DNA of 64,000 bases from Patescibacteria group bacterium (GCA_038062835.1 JBBTWH010000003.1:2666-66665), one strand, 5' to 3'. Positions 9,536 through 18,553 are shown, counted from the first letter of the stretch. Numbers and translations: made by a program. Notes: generated by a model not told the origin, from the sequence alone.

Positions 9536-10123
9536 GACGCTGTCGAGCATGGACATCGGTCCGGCGATGTTGGCGTCATAGGCGTCCGCCGGCGCGATGA
9601 CCGCATACAAGAGATAGCGCTTCTGGCCGCTGCCGATCTCCTGGACGCCCTGGTATACCTTGATCTTCGTGCCGTCGTCCTTGGATTCCTCGGACGTGAA
9701 TGACCATCTTCCGCTTGGTTCCTGCGCGAGCGCGCCGGTCGCTCCGGCTGGCAGGGAGCCGGCGATGTACTTGTGTAAGGCCTCGGCTATGGCCTTGAGA
9801 TCAAGGTCGTCGCTGCTGACGGGGCGGAGGAAGACCGCGACTGGCACGTGCGGAAGGAAGAGCATGAACTGCATCGAGCCGTCGTCCTGGGGCAGTGGCT
9901 TGCCCTGCCAGCCATTGCCGGGGAGGGTGAGCTTGAAGCCCAGGGCGTTGAACTTGAGGGTCGCGCCATCCTGCTCGACTGCCGGCTTCTCGGCCGTATC
10001 CGGCGTCTTCGCGATCTTCTGATCCTGCTTGAGCGGCGGGTTCGACGTCTTGGGGCCAGACGCGGCGGCGGAGCCGCAGGCGGCCAGGGTGAATGCCAAC
10101 AGGACTGCCAGGATTCTCATCAT
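9524..10123 (-). CDS. Lipoprotein (hypothetical)
   Basis: MMRILAVLLAFTLAACGS signal plus lipobox; AAGGAG SD. Confidence 0.6.
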   Translation of the reverse strand: MMRILAVLLAFTLAACGSAAASGPKTSNPPLKQDQKIAKTPDTAEKPAVEQDGATLKFNALGFKLTLPGNGWQGKPLPQDDGSMQFMLFLPHVPVAVFLRPVSSDDLDLKAIAEALHKYIAGSLPAGATGALAQEPSGRWSFTSEESKDDGTKIKVYQGVQEIGSGQKRYLLYAVIAPADAYDANIAGPMSMLDSVAPL

Positions 10124-10174
10124 CTCGGACTCCTTGGAAAGGGACTTCGTCCAATCTAAAGGAGCGTACGGATT

Positions 10175-10207
10175 CCGTCAAACGAAAAGCCCGCCGTTCA
10201 GGCGGGC
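10175..10207 (-). terminator. Terminator hairpin (stop codon sits in the loop) plus CCGTCAAACGAAAA cassette
   Basis: GCCCGCC-gttca-GGCGGGC with TGA in the loop, preceded on plus strand by CCGTCAAACGAAAA; minus-strand reading gives TTTTCGTTTGACGG -35 for next gene. Confidence 0.5.
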
Positions 10208-10773
10208 AGGAGTCCGAGAATCTCTTCCGCGCGTTCGTCGACGCTCGTCGACTGCAGACGGTGTACGCGCTCGCGCGGGATTCCCAGCTGGATCAAGGCC
10301 TTGTGGATCCCGATATCGACCTGCCGCTGGATCTCGAGGTCGACAGGCCGCATGGCGTCGCCGACCAGCGGGAAGACGCCGATCGGGAAGTAGACGAAGC
10401 GGTCGATCAGGCTGACGCGGCGCCTGGCCGCGGCGCGCACCAGGGGTTCGAGCTGATCGTCGAGCGGCTTGTCGCGCAGGGTCAGGAAGTACGCCAGCTG
10501 ATCGACGCCTGCGCGATCGGCCACGGAATGCCGACGGTGGTCCAGGCCGGGGTTCATGGCCGGGTCGGCGATGCTCGACGCGTTGAGCGAAGCGAGGGCC
10601 AGGACGCCGATGCCGTACTGTCCGACGATGTCGAACGGACTGGCGAGCCCGAAGATCTCCGTCAGGCGCCGCACGTTCTCATCGTGGAACGTCATGTCGG
10701 GACGAAGCGTCTTCAGGCGTTCGAGCGCGGTCGTCTTGCCGACGCCGTGGGATCCGATGAGTCCGATGTGCAT
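10198..10773 (-). CDS. P-loop NTPase (putative nucleoside/nucleotide kinase-like ATPase)
   Basis: MHIGLIGSHGVGKTTALERL Walker A at N-terminus; 191 aa. Confidence 0.6.
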   Translation of the reverse strand: MHIGLIGSHGVGKTTALERLKTLRPDMTFHDENVRRLTEIFGLASPFDIVGQYGIGVLALASLNASSIADPAMNPGLDHRRHSVADRAGVDQLAYFLTLRDKPLDDQLEPLVRAAARRRVSLIDRFVYFPIGVFPLVGDAMRPVDLEIQRQVDIGIHKALIQLGIPRERVHRLQSTSVDERAEEILGLLPA

Positions 10774-10812
10774 GATTCCTCCAGGCGGGCATATTGGCAG
10801 GAAAACGGCGGT

Positions 10813-10843
10813 CCGTCAAACGAAAAATGACGCCTGGCGTCAT
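10813..10843 (-). terminator. Terminator hairpin (stop codon in the loop) plus CCGTCAAACGAAAAA cassette
   Basis: TGACGCC-t-GGCGTCA around the TGA stop of gene 10840..11343, preceded by CCGTCAAACGAAAAA. Confidence 0.5.
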
Positions 10844-11343
10844 GCAGTGCGGGGCGAAGCGAGCAGCTCGTACGGCTTGGTCGTGCCGTCGGCGTGACGG
10901 ATGCGGGCGCGCGTCTCGTCGCGGCTGAGACGGCGCGCGGCGTCGAGTCGCTGGATCGGGAGGATCACGCCGATCGAGCTGATCTCCCAGATCGGGAACT
11001 TCCTCGTGAGAAGCCACTCGGCCTCGCCGAAGACGCCCTTGCCGAACATGCCGTCGCGGAACGGCAGGAAGACGCCGCCTTGGCAGGTCGGCAGGATCAC
11101 CTCGAAGAAGTACCCCATGCCGGTAGGCTTGCCGTCGCCGTCGACGCGCGTCTTGGCGTACGCCTCATAGGCGGCGGAATGCTCCGGAGCGTCGGGGTTG
11201 ACGATTTCCCAGGAAGGGAAGGCCGGTCCGATGACGCTGAGCAACAGCTTCTGGAACGGCGTGCCGTAGACGTTGACGGGATGGCCGAAGTAGAGGCGCT
11301 TCGTGCGTGGCGTTTCGTGCACTGGCTGGGGCGGTTCGATCAT
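10840..11343 (-). CDS. Hypothetical protein (possibly nucleoside deoxyribosyltransferase-like fold)
   Basis: 167 aa; AAGGAG SD; no confident motif. Confidence 0.45.
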   Translation of the reverse strand: MIEPPQPVHETPRTKRLYFGHPVNVYGTPFQKLLLSVIGPAFPSWEIVNPDAPEHSAAYEAYAKTRVDGDGKPTGMGYFFEVILPTCQGGVFLPFRDGMFGKGVFGEAEWLLTRKFPIWEISSIGVILPIQRLDAARRLSRDETRARIRHADGTTKPYELLASPRTA

Positions 11344-11395
11344 GTAGTCTCCTTGGAAAGGTCTGCCGACAGGATGCGCCGGGGCGCATGCACCG

Positions 11396-12082
11396 TCAAC
11401 CGATGACGGTCCCTTGGAACGGCTTGCCGTCGAGCGCCTTGCCGATCTCGGAGAGCGAGCGGCCTTCGATCATCTTCACTTCCAGGCCGATGCGTTCGGC
11501 CATCTTGGCGGCGACGGGATCGAAGGGCACGTTGGCGCCCGGATCCCAGCGGTTCCCGACCATGCGGCGGAAGGCCTTCCAGCCGATGTATTCGAGCGGC
11601 TTCGCCTTCGGATCCTTGCGCGGGTCCGCGCTGTAGACGTGGTCGATGTCGGAGAGGTTCAGCACGGTCGTGGCGCCGAGGCTCGAAGCCAGGAGCGTCG
11701 CGCAGTAGTCGGTCGACCAGCCCGGTTTCCAGCCTGCGGCGATGAGCACCGGTTCGCGGAAGGACGGCGGCGCGAGCGGGTTCTTCACCACGGTCGCGTG
11801 CGCCATCTTGCGGAAGATCGTGCGGAGCAGGTGCGCGTTCAGGCGCGTGGAGTGGATGCCGATCCAGTCGACGTCTTCGCGCGAGAGCGGTCCGACGGCG
11901 CGGGCGGCCTTCTGATAGCTGCGGGCCGTCGAACCGCCGCCGCATATCAAGACGAAGCGCTCGCCCTTGGCGACGCGCTTCGCGATGAAGATCCTGAAAC
12001 GCCGGAGGAACGCCGCGTCAATCCCGCCTTTCGGGACGATGAGGGAGCCTCCGAGAGAGATGATGACGGGCGCTTTCTTCAT
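11396..12082 (-). CDS. pyrH: UMP kinase (archaeal-type amino-acid-kinase family)
   Basis: VIISLGGSLI...VLICGGGSTARSYQKAA...DWIGIHSTRLNAHLL matches the UMP kinase core. Confidence 0.65.
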   Translation of the reverse strand: MKKAPVIISLGGSLIVPKGGIDAAFLRRFRIFIAKRVAKGERFVLICGGGSTARSYQKAARAVGPLSREDVDWIGIHSTRLNAHLLRTIFRKMAHATVVKNPLAPPSFREPVLIAAGWKPGWSTDYCATLLASSLGATTVLNLSDIDHVYSADPRKDPKAKPLEYIGWKAFRRMVGNRWDPGANVPFDPVAAKMAERIGLEVKMIEGRSLSEIGKALDGKPFQGTVIG

Positions 12083-12211
12083 CTACTTCTTGTTGAAATC
12101 CTTGGGGAGACTCTTCCGGTTTATCGAGACTTTGCCCCGGAACGAGCTCGGCGTGCGGTAGCCGGGGCCTTTGCGGTTGCCGCCGAAGCTGCGGGAGTTG
12201 TTCTTACTCAT
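12083..12211 (-). CDS. Small basic protein (42 aa, MSKNNSRSFGGNRKGPGYRTPSSFRGKVSINRKSLPKDFNKK), unassigned
   Basis: Fills the gap exactly between upstream gene and pyrH; its ATG overlaps the upstream stop (ATGAGTAA), suggesting translational coupling. Confidence 0.35.
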   Translation of the reverse strand: MSKNNSRSFGGNRKGPGYRTPSSFRGKVSINRKSLPKDFNKK

Positions 12212-12920
12212 GGCGCGAGAGTTCGAGGCGGGCGATGTTCTCGACATAGCGCTTGGAGAGGTCGGAGCCGCCCATGGAACTGAGATCGTCGGCCTGCCGG
12301 AGGTAGACCAATCCGCAACCGAGCGCGGCGATGACCAGCGCGGCGACGTTACGGTCGGACGGGCCCATAGACATGCGGACCGCGAGCGTCGAAAGCGCCG
12401 CCATCGAGAGGAGAAGGTTCCAGAGGCTCGCTGACATACTGCTCGCCCAGAGTTCCTGGATGCGCTGGCGGGCTCCGGCGACGATACCGGCGGACTCCAG
12501 CAGTTCACGGTAGAGGACGCGCTCCTTCTCGGTGTCGAGCGACGGGATCTGATAGAGGTGGTAGCTGAACTTGCGGAAGGCGCCGTTCGTCAGCTGGTAC
12601 TGCGAGAAGTCCTTCTTGTCGAAGGACGTCAGGTAGCCGTAGAGGTGGCCGTGCAGATCCGTGAACCACTGGCGGTGACGCTCGCCGCCGAGGTTCTTGC
12701 CGAGGTGATAGACGCGGCGGAGCTTGTTGAGTTCGACGGCGACTTCTTCCACGAGGTCGTCGCGGCGCGAGAGCGCGCGGTGCGCGGAGAAGCCTACGAT
12801 GACGCCGGTCAAGACGACGGCGGCGGCGGCAAGTTCGGCCGAGCCGGCCTGGACGGGGCCGATGAGCGTGATGCCGAACGCGACCGCGAAGACGAGCAGG
12901 AGATTCTTGTTCATCGACAT
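12204..12920 (-). CDS. Hypothetical polytopic membrane protein
   Basis: 238 aa, several hydrophobic helices, tightly packed in operon. Confidence 0.5.
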   Translation of the reverse strand: MSMNKNLLLVFAVAFGITLIGPVQAGSAELAAAAVVLTGVIVGFSAHRALSRRDDLVEEVAVELNKLRRVYHLGKNLGGERHRQWFTDLHGHLYGYLTSFDKKDFSQYQLTNGAFRKFSYHLYQIPSLDTEKERVLYRELLESAGIVAGARQRIQELWASSMSASLWNLLLSMAALSTLAVRMSMGPSDRNVAALVIAALGCGLVYLRQADDLSSMGGSDLSKRYVENIARLELSRHE

Positions 12921-12921
12921 A

Positions 12922-13266
12922 TCAATAGTCTTTTGAAAGCGAGGAGTTGGTGATCCAGCTGACGGTCCAGAGGACGAGCGCGCCCCAGAAGGCGGCGGCG
13001 AAACCCGAGACCTGGAACCCTTTGACGAGGGTGGAGACGAACCAGAACAGCAGCGCGTTGATCACGAAGGTGAAGAGGCCGAGCGAGAGCAGGTTGATCG
13101 GCAGGGTCAGGAAGACCAGGATCGGCCGGATGAGCGCGTTCACGATGCCGAGGACAAGCGCCACGATGAGCGCGGAATAGAAGCCGTCGACCGTCACGCC
13201 CGGCACCACGCGGGTGACGAGCAGGAGGGCCAGCGCGTTCAGGATCCAGCGGAGAAGGAGCTGCAT
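12922..13266 (-). CDS. DUF360/YvlD-like 4-TM membrane protein (phage-holin-4 superfamily)
   Basis: MQLLLRWILNALALLLVTRVVPG...NALIRPILVFLTLPINLLSLGLFTFVINALLFW typical of the family; start trimmed to Met adjoining the xseB stop. Confidence 0.6.
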   Translation of the reverse strand: MQLLLRWILNALALLLVTRVVPGVTVDGFYSALIVALVLGIVNALIRPILVFLTLPINLLSLGLFTFVINALLFWFVSTLVKGFQVSGFAAAFWGALVLWTVSWITNSSLSKDY

Positions 13267-13267
13267 A

Positions 13268-13543
13268 TCAGATGAGGCGCGGCTGACCGTCATCCTCGTC
13301 CTCGTCCTCGTCCGAGGCCGCGCCGCCGTCGGCGAAGTCGGAGAATTTCTCCTTGATCTGCGTGACCTTGTTCTCGACTTCGGCCAGGCGCGAACGGCAC
13401 TTCTTGGCGAGCTCGAGTCCGCGCTCGAATTTCTTCAAGCCTTCCTCGAGATCGACTTCGGACGCCTCGAACCACTGGACGATGTCTTCCAGTTCCTTGA
13501 AGGCTTCGGCGAAATTGGCTTTCTTGGCTTCTTTGACGGACAT
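13268..13543 (-). CDS. xseB: Exodeoxyribonuclease VII small subunit
   Basis: FAEAFKELEDIVQWFEASEVDLEEGLKKFERGLELAKKCRSRLAEVENKV, acidic C-tail. Confidence 0.85.
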   Translation of the reverse strand: MSVKEAKKANFAEAFKELEDIVQWFEASEVDLEEGLKKFERGLELAKKCRSRLAEVENKVTQIKEKFSDFADGGAASDEDEDEDDGQPRLI

Positions 13544-13548
13544 GGTAT

Positions 13549-13642
13549 TTCCCCCTCTTGAAGCAAGAGGGGCAGGGGGAGTTATGCTCGAGGGGATAAC
13601 CCCTCCGGCCTTCGGCCACCTCCCCTTGCGTCAAGGGGAGGA
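13549..13642. repeat. GC hairpin repeat unit (family copy 1) between xseA and xseB
   Basis: TCCCCCTCTTGAAGCAAGAGGGGCAGGGGGAGTT...GAGGGGATAACCCCTC...GGCCTTCGGCC...CCTCCCCTTGCGTCAAGGGGAGG; last hairpin encloses the xseA stop. Confidence 0.6.
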
Positions 13643-14830
13643 TTCAATGGACCGTACATCTGCTTGCAAGGTTCCTTTGGCCAATTGTACGGCAATCGCG
13701 GCGCCGGTGTCCAAGGAGGCGGCGTCACGGAGGACCTTGCCGTCCGCGCCGCGGACGATGGCGTATCCCCTTCTTAAGACGGCGGCGGGGTCGAAGGATT
13801 TCAGCAGGCGTTCGTCGCGCTCGACGGCGCCGACGAGCTTCTGGACGCGGGATTCGAAACCGAACAGGCAGCGTTCAAGGTCCGACATCACGGCGTCGAA
13901 CTCGTCGCGCGCGGCGCGGACGTGCGATTGCAGCTGGTTCTCGATGTCGGTGAGCCGGTGCGACCTTGCGGCGATTTCCTTCTCCAAGGCGCGCTCCATC
14001 GTGCGCTCGAAGGCTTCGATCTCGCGGGCGACGTCGCGGCGGTCGGGCGTCAGGCGTTCGGCCGCGTTCGAGGGCGTCGAGGCGCGCACGTCGGCGACGA
14101 AATCAGCGACCGATTCGTCGCGCTCGTGACCGACGCCGACCACGACCGGGACCTTCGAGGCGAAGACGGCGCGGGCGACTTCCTCGGAGTTGAAGGCGTG
14201 CAGGTCCTCGAGCGAGCCGCCGCCGCGCGTGAGCACGATGACCTCGGCGAGTTCCGGATGCGCGTTGAAGTACGCGAAGGCGCCGACGATGTCGCCCACG
14301 GCGTCTCGGCCCTGCACCTGGACGTGCGCGGCGGCGATCTTCACCCCGCCCCAGCGGTTGCCGAGGATGCGCAGGAAATCGGTGTAGGCGGCGGATTCCG
14401 TCGAGGCGATGAGTCCCACGCGTTCGGGGAAGCGCGGAATGGCGCGCTTGCGGCCGGGCGCGAACAGGCCGTCGCCTTCGAGCTTCTTCTTCATCAGTTC
14501 GAAGGCGCGCTTCAGGGCGCCCTCCCCCACCATCTCGACGCGCTCGACCGTCACCGAGAACTTGCCGCTCTTGGCGTAAATCTTCGGCAGGCCGTGGACG
14601 CGCACCTTCATGCCGTCCTCGAGCGGCTGCTTGAGCTGCCAGGCGGTCGCGAAGCACGACACGACGGCGTTCTCGTCCTTCAGCAGGAACCAGATCCATT
14701 TGCCTTGGCTCACGTGATATTCGGCGACTTCGCCCTCGATCGTCACGCCCTGCGGGAAGACCTTGTCGGCGAAGACGATGTTCAGCGCGTCGACGAACTG
14801 CGAGACGGTCAATGCTTGGGGTTCGGGCAT
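13631..14830 (-). CDS. xseA: Exodeoxyribonuclease VII large subunit
   Basis: OB-fold N-term (LTVSQFVDALN...), catalytic core, coiled-coil tail; start set at MPEPQALTVSQF. Confidence 0.85.
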   Translation of the reverse strand: MPEPQALTVSQFVDALNIVFADKVFPQGVTIEGEVAEYHVSQGKWIWFLLKDENAVVSCFATAWQLKQPLEDGMKVRVHGLPKIYAKSGKFSVTVERVEMVGEGALKRAFELMKKKLEGDGLFAPGRKRAIPRFPERVGLIASTESAAYTDFLRILGNRWGGVKIAAAHVQVQGRDAVGDIVGAFAYFNAHPELAEVIVLTRGGGSLEDLHAFNSEEVARAVFASKVPVVVGVGHERDESVADFVADVRASTPSNAAERLTPDRRDVAREIEAFERTMERALEKEIAARSHRLTDIENQLQSHVRAARDEFDAVMSDLERCLFGFESRVQKLVGAVERDERLLKSFDPAAVLRRGYAIVRGADGKVLRDAASLDTGAAIAVQLAKGTLQADVRSIESSP

Positions 14831-14914
14831 AGCGCGACCATCGTACATCATTGACAAAGGCGTGGAAAACCGCTACGTTCGAGGCAGTCCGTACCTTCCA
14901 CCAAAGGAGCGACC

Positions 14915-15883
14915 GTGCCGAATCCCGAATCCACGCCGCCTGCCGATTCCATCGAGAACGTCCGCAAGGACAAGCTCGGCATCTTCGGCCCCCGGGCCAA
15001 GCTCGTCCCCTACACCGGCGTGACCGGCTTCATGTCCGTGGCGGACGTGAGAGCGGTCGCCGCCGACGCCTACACCGCGAGCGGCTTCGACACGCCGACC
15101 CGCGGCGGCCGCAAGCTCGCCATCGGCGTGCTCGCCAGCTGGAAGACGCTCAACGGCGAGCCGCCGGGCCAGCCCGGACGCTACCCGAAGCTCGAAGACA
15201 TCCGCGCCGTCATCGACGCCGCCGCGGAGACGTATCATCACCGCGCCGTCTGGCAGCCCGAGGGAGAAGGCGCGTCCTTCGACCTCAAGACGCGCTGCCT
15301 GCGGATGATCCACTACTCCAGCAAGGAGCCGAACCTGTCCGCCCAGATCGACCGCCTGTGCGAGATCGCCGGGCCGAACCTCGATGGCTTCCAGCTCAAC
15401 ATGACCTGGCCGCGCGAGGACGAGATCCGCGCGCTGGCGCAGGCCCGCCCGACGCTGCGGCTCATCCTGCAGATCAACAGCAGGATGTACTCGGGCGTCT
15501 CGCGAAGCCCGCAGCTGCTGGCGACCGAAGTCGCGAAGAAGTATTCGCCCTGGGTCACCGACGTGCTCTTCGACATGAGCGGCGGCTTCGGCCTGTCCGC
15601 CGACCTCGCCGAAGCGGAGTACGCGCTCGAAGCGCTCTATACGACGCTCGGCGGCGCGGACGCCGGCGGCATCAGCATCGGCGTGGCGGGAGGCCTCTGC
15701 TGGCAGTCGGTCGTCGGGCTGAAGCGCCTTTTCGACCGCTGGCCAGACCTCTCAATCGATGCCGAAGGACGCCTGCGCGACAAGACGACCGACGCGCTCA
15801 ACCGCGAGATGGCGCGCGAGTACGTCCGCCGCGCGGCGGGCGTGATGCCGCATCGGACTCCGAAAACCGAAACGACCCCGTGA
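14915..15883 (+). CDS. Hypothetical protein
   Basis: 322 aa; GTG start 7 nt after AAAGGAG; intrinsic terminator with stop codon in the loop. Confidence 0.5.
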   Translation: MPNPESTPPADSIENVRKDKLGIFGPRAKLVPYTGVTGFMSVADVRAVAADAYTASGFDTPTRGGRKLAIGVLASWKTLNGEPPGQPGRYPKLEDIRAVIDAAAETYHHRAVWQPEGEGASFDLKTRCLRMIHYSSKEPNLSAQIDRLCEIAGPNLDGFQLNMTWPREDEIRALAQARPTLRLILQINSRMYSGVSRSPQLLATEVAKKYSPWVTDVLFDMSGGFGLSADLAEAEYALEALYTTLGGADAGGISIGVAGGLCWQSVVGLKRLFDRWPDLSIDAEGRLRDKTTDALNREMAREYVRRAAGVMPHRTPKTETTP

Positions 15884-15900
15884 AGGGTCGTTTTTCATTT
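15872..15900 (+). terminator. Rho-independent terminator
   Basis: ACGACCC-gtgaa-GGGTCGT followed by TTTTTCATTTT; TGA stop lies in the loop. Confidence 0.65.
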
Positions 15901-15957
15901 TGCTTCAAGAGGGGGATTCGTTTTTCCTCCCCTTGAAGCAAGGGGAGGCGGGAGGGG
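15901..15957. repeat. GC hairpin repeat (family copy, partial)
   Basis: CCTCCCCTTGAAGCAAGGGGAGGCGGGAGGGGTTATTCGG resembles the module-A consensus. Confidence 0.5.
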
Positions 15958-16998
15958 TTATTCGGCGATGATGAGGACCTCGTTGAGGTCGCTGACGGAG
16001 AAACCGGGCCGGCGGCCGCCGCCGATCGCGTAGATGCGGTTCTTCCAGGCGACGGCGGCGTGGCCGTGCCGCGCGCTCAGCATCGGCAGCGCGAGCGTCG
16101 ACCACGACATCTTCTTCGCGTCGAGAACCTCGATTTCGGCGACGTTGCCTTGCTTGGATTCGCCGCCGAGGACGTACGCCGCTCCGCCGAGCGCGGCGGC
16201 GGCGTGTCCGCTGCGCGGAAAGGCCATGTCCGGCGCGGTCTCCCACGCCTGGCGCTTCGGGTCATAGGCTTCGGACGCGCCGAGGCTTTTCGCGACGGAA
16301 CCGCGCCGCCCGCCGAGCGCGAATATCTTGCCTCCCGCCGCGGCGGCGGCGAGATAGGCGCGCTGCGTCGGCATGGACTTGAGGCCGTTCCAGCCGCCGC
16401 GCGCCGGATCGAAATACTCGATGGCGTCGTCGGCGCCGGCTGTCGTGACGCCGCCCATGACGTAGACGGTCCCGTCGAGCGCGGCTGCCGCGGCCGCTCC
16501 GCGGAAGTCATTCAGGCGTCCGAGCTGTTCCCAGGCGTCCTTCTCGGGATCATAGGCGTAGACGTCGTCGATATGGCGCGAAGCCAGGCCCGTCAGGCCG
16601 CCGATGACGTAGATCTTCTTGCCGTCCGAAACGACGGCGGGATGATGGACGGCTTGCGGCAGGCGCGGTATGGAGCGCCAGGCGTCGGCGCCGATGTCGT
16701 AGGCCATCGCGGAGGAGAGCGTGCGGAAAAAACCGTCGATGCCGCCGACGACGTAGATCGTATTGCCCAGGACGGCGGCGCCGAACTCCGCGCGCGGGAA
16801 CGGCATCGGCGCGACCGTCTCCCAGTGCGTGCCGGTCCCGCGTTCGCCGATCGGCGTCGTGGTGGCTGAAGCGTCCTCCGGGAAGAAGTGCGTCACGGCG
16901 GGATCGCGCCGCGCTCTCGCCCAATCCCAGCCTTGGACATAGTGCAGGTACGTCCCGACGCAGACGAGCGCGAACAGGAAGGTGAAAATCTTACGCAT
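15958..16998 (-). CDS. Kelch-repeat beta-propeller protein with N-terminal signal/anchor
   Basis: Repeated GG...YV.GG, W, Y..DP Kelch blades; start trimmed to MRKIFTFLFALVCV. Confidence 0.7.
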   Translation of the reverse strand: MRKIFTFLFALVCVGTYLHYVQGWDWARARRDPAVTHFFPEDASATTTPIGERGTGTHWETVAPMPFPRAEFGAAVLGNTIYVVGGIDGFFRTLSSAMAYDIGADAWRSIPRLPQAVHHPAVVSDGKKIYVIGGLTGLASRHIDDVYAYDPEKDAWEQLGRLNDFRGAAAAAALDGTVYVMGGVTTAGADDAIEYFDPARGGWNGLKSMPTQRAYLAAAAAGGKIFALGGRRGSVAKSLGASEAYDPKRQAWETAPDMAFPRSGHAAAALGGAAYVLGGESKQGNVAEIEVLDAKKMSWSTLALPMLSARHGHAAVAWKNRIYAIGGGRRPGFSVSDLNEVLIIAE

Positions 16999-17452
16999 GC
17001 TCGTCCCAGCGCTTGCGGCCTTTCTTGATGTCGGCCAGGAGGAACTTCGCGCCCGTGTTGTCCTTGGGGTTGAGCTTGAGGAGTTCTTCAAAGCGTCTTT
17101 CCGCCTCCTTGGTGTCGCCGCGCCGATAGGCCGCCAGCGCGAGGCCGTGGAGCGCACGCAGCAGCGAGCGGTCATGCGGCGCGTCCCATTCGACGTGCGT
17201 CGGCATCCTGCCGTTGAAAGCCTTCAAGGCTTCCTTGAGAGCTTTCGCGTGCATCTCCTCGGCGTCGTCCAAGCGCTTCTCGTGGAACGCGATCGTGCCG
17301 AGGCCGTTCAGCGCGTCGGCATGGCGCGGATCGCCGGCGAGCACGCCCAAGAACGCCTCTTCGGCTTCGCTCAACATGCCCGACTGCAGCGCGGCCCAGC
17401 CGGCGGCGAAAAGATGTTCGATCTCTTGCGGAGGAAGTCTTACGTCTTTCAT
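16991..17452 (-). CDS. TPR-repeat protein
   Basis: Multiple TPR-like helices (AEEAFLGVLAGDPRHADALNGLGTIAF...); 8-bp overlap with the Kelch gene. Confidence 0.6.
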   Translation of the reverse strand: MKDVRLPPQEIEHLFAAGWAALQSGMLSEAEEAFLGVLAGDPRHADALNGLGTIAFHEKRLDDAEEMHAKALKEALKAFNGRMPTHVEWDAPHDRSLLRALHGLALAAYRRGDTKEAERRFEELLKLNPKDNTGAKFLLADIKKGRKRWDEHA

Positions 17453-17459
17453 ATCAAGT

Positions 17460-17756
17460 CTACCGAGCTTCACCCGATATTCCCCCTTCGAGTCCTTCGC
17501 ACTTCTGGACGCACATCAGGATGCAGGCCTCGGCGTCGGGCGGGCAGGCGGAGGCGCATTCGTTCCAGGTGCCGCCGGCTTCCTCGCATGAAGATCGGTC
17601 CGTGACGGGTTCCTCCGACGGAAGTTCGGCGTTCGCCGCGTCAGGGATGCCCTCGACCTGGTCCAGAGCGTTGGTATAGAACCACGCTCCGACCGCCAGT
17701 CCGGCGAGCGCGAGCGCGATGGCGAGGAGATGCGTGATGGGCGGTCGTTCTTTCAT
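17460..17756 (-). CDS. Small secreted/anchored Cys-rich protein (8 Cys)
   Basis: 98 aa; N-terminal hydrophobic helix; CEEAGGTWNECASACPPDAEACILMCVQKCEG. Confidence 0.45.
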   Translation of the reverse strand: MKERPPITHLLAIALALAGLAVGAWFYTNALDQVEGIPDAANAELPSEEPVTDRSSCEEAGGTWNECASACPPDAEACILMCVQKCEGLEGGISGEAR

Positions 17757-17757
17757 A

Positions 17758-18099
17758 TCACTGGAGGCATTTCTTGACCGCGGCTTCTTCCTGCGTGGTG
17801 TAGTTCCCGGACAGCACGGCCGAGACGCGGTCGCCCGAGATCGATGCGCTGAGGCACAGCATCTGCCGGGGCGTAAGCTCCTTGGCCTTTTCCTTCAGCT
17901 GCGCCGGCGTCATGCCCTTCAACGACTCGACATCGATCGATGGCGCGGAAGTGGCCGCTTTCGGAAACGTCTCCGCTGAAGAAGCGGCAGCGGGCCCGTC
18001 GATCCACGCGAAACTGCGTCCCGTCAGACGGTATCCGGCGTAGACGCTGGCTGAAAACCACAGGAGCGCGAGGAAAAAGGCGCCGGCTTTCATAATCAC
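17758..18099 (-). CDS. Small secreted protein
   Basis: 113 aa, signal peptide MIMKAGAFFLALLWFSASVYA. Confidence 0.45.
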   Translation of the reverse strand: MIMKAGAFFLALLWFSASVYAGYRLTGRSFAWIDGPAAASSAETFPKAATSAPSIDVESLKGMTPAQLKEKAKELTPRQMLCLSASISGDRVSAVLSGNYTTQEEAAVKKCLQ

Positions 18100-18323
18100 T
18101 TCGCGTACTGGTTCATGAGCGTCTCAAACGCCTGGGCCTGGATGTTCTCCAGGAGTTTCGGCAGAGGATTCGCGAGCAAGACCCATAGGACCCCGCCGAG
18201 CATGAGGCCGTAGAAGGCCAGCTGGACCATCAGCTTCAGGACGGTCAGGACCTTGATGAGCGTGTCGAGGCCGCTGGCGGCCGGGTTGGGATTTTCATTG
18301 AGCATATGCCGGTATCGTACCAT
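18096..18323 (-). CDS. Small membrane protein (alternative start MLNENP at about 18305)
   Basis: 75 aa with one TM helix. Confidence 0.4.
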   Translation of the reverse strand: MVRYRHMLNENPNPAASGLDTLIKVLTVLKLMVQLAFYGLMLGGVLWVLLANPLPKLLENIQAQAFETLMNQYAK

Positions 18324-18331
18324 GGACGAGG

Positions 18332-18351
18332 CCGCCCTTTACAGGGGCGGA
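18332..18351. repeat. Mini hairpin of the GC hairpin family (CCGCCCCT-ttac-AGGGGCGG) in the divergent promoter region
   Basis: 8-bp inverted repeat nested in a larger imperfect stem (CGTATCGT/ACGATACG). Confidence 0.4.
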
Positions 18352-18364
18352 CGATACGGATAGC

Positions 18365-18553
18365 ATGAGTCAAAACAATCATATGGACGCCTGCTGCAAA
18401 CACGACGACAAGGACGCGAAGAAGGACGGAGCCGAAAAGGGATGCTGCGAAGCCTGCCCGGACAAGGGCTGCGACGGCTGCGACTGCTCGAAGCCGGAAA
18501 ACGCTAAGGGCGGCTGCATGGGCGGCGCGTGCGCGTGCGAAAACGGCCGCTAA
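18365..18553 (+). CDS. Metallothionein-like cysteine-rich micro-protein (62 aa, 14 Cys)
   Basis: MSQNNHMDACCKHDD...GCCEACPDKGCDGCDCSKPENAKGGCMGGACACENGR; CC, CxC and CxxC clusters; own intrinsic terminator. Confidence 0.6.
   Translation: MSQNNHMDACCKHDDKDAKKDGAEKGCCEACPDKGCDGCDCSKPENAKGGCMGGACACENGR

Noticed and set aside
13922-15936. ORFs 13922..14854(+), 14103..14699(-), 14851..15936(+)
   Set aside because: Shadow or alternative frames of xseA and gene 14915..15883; Arg-rich
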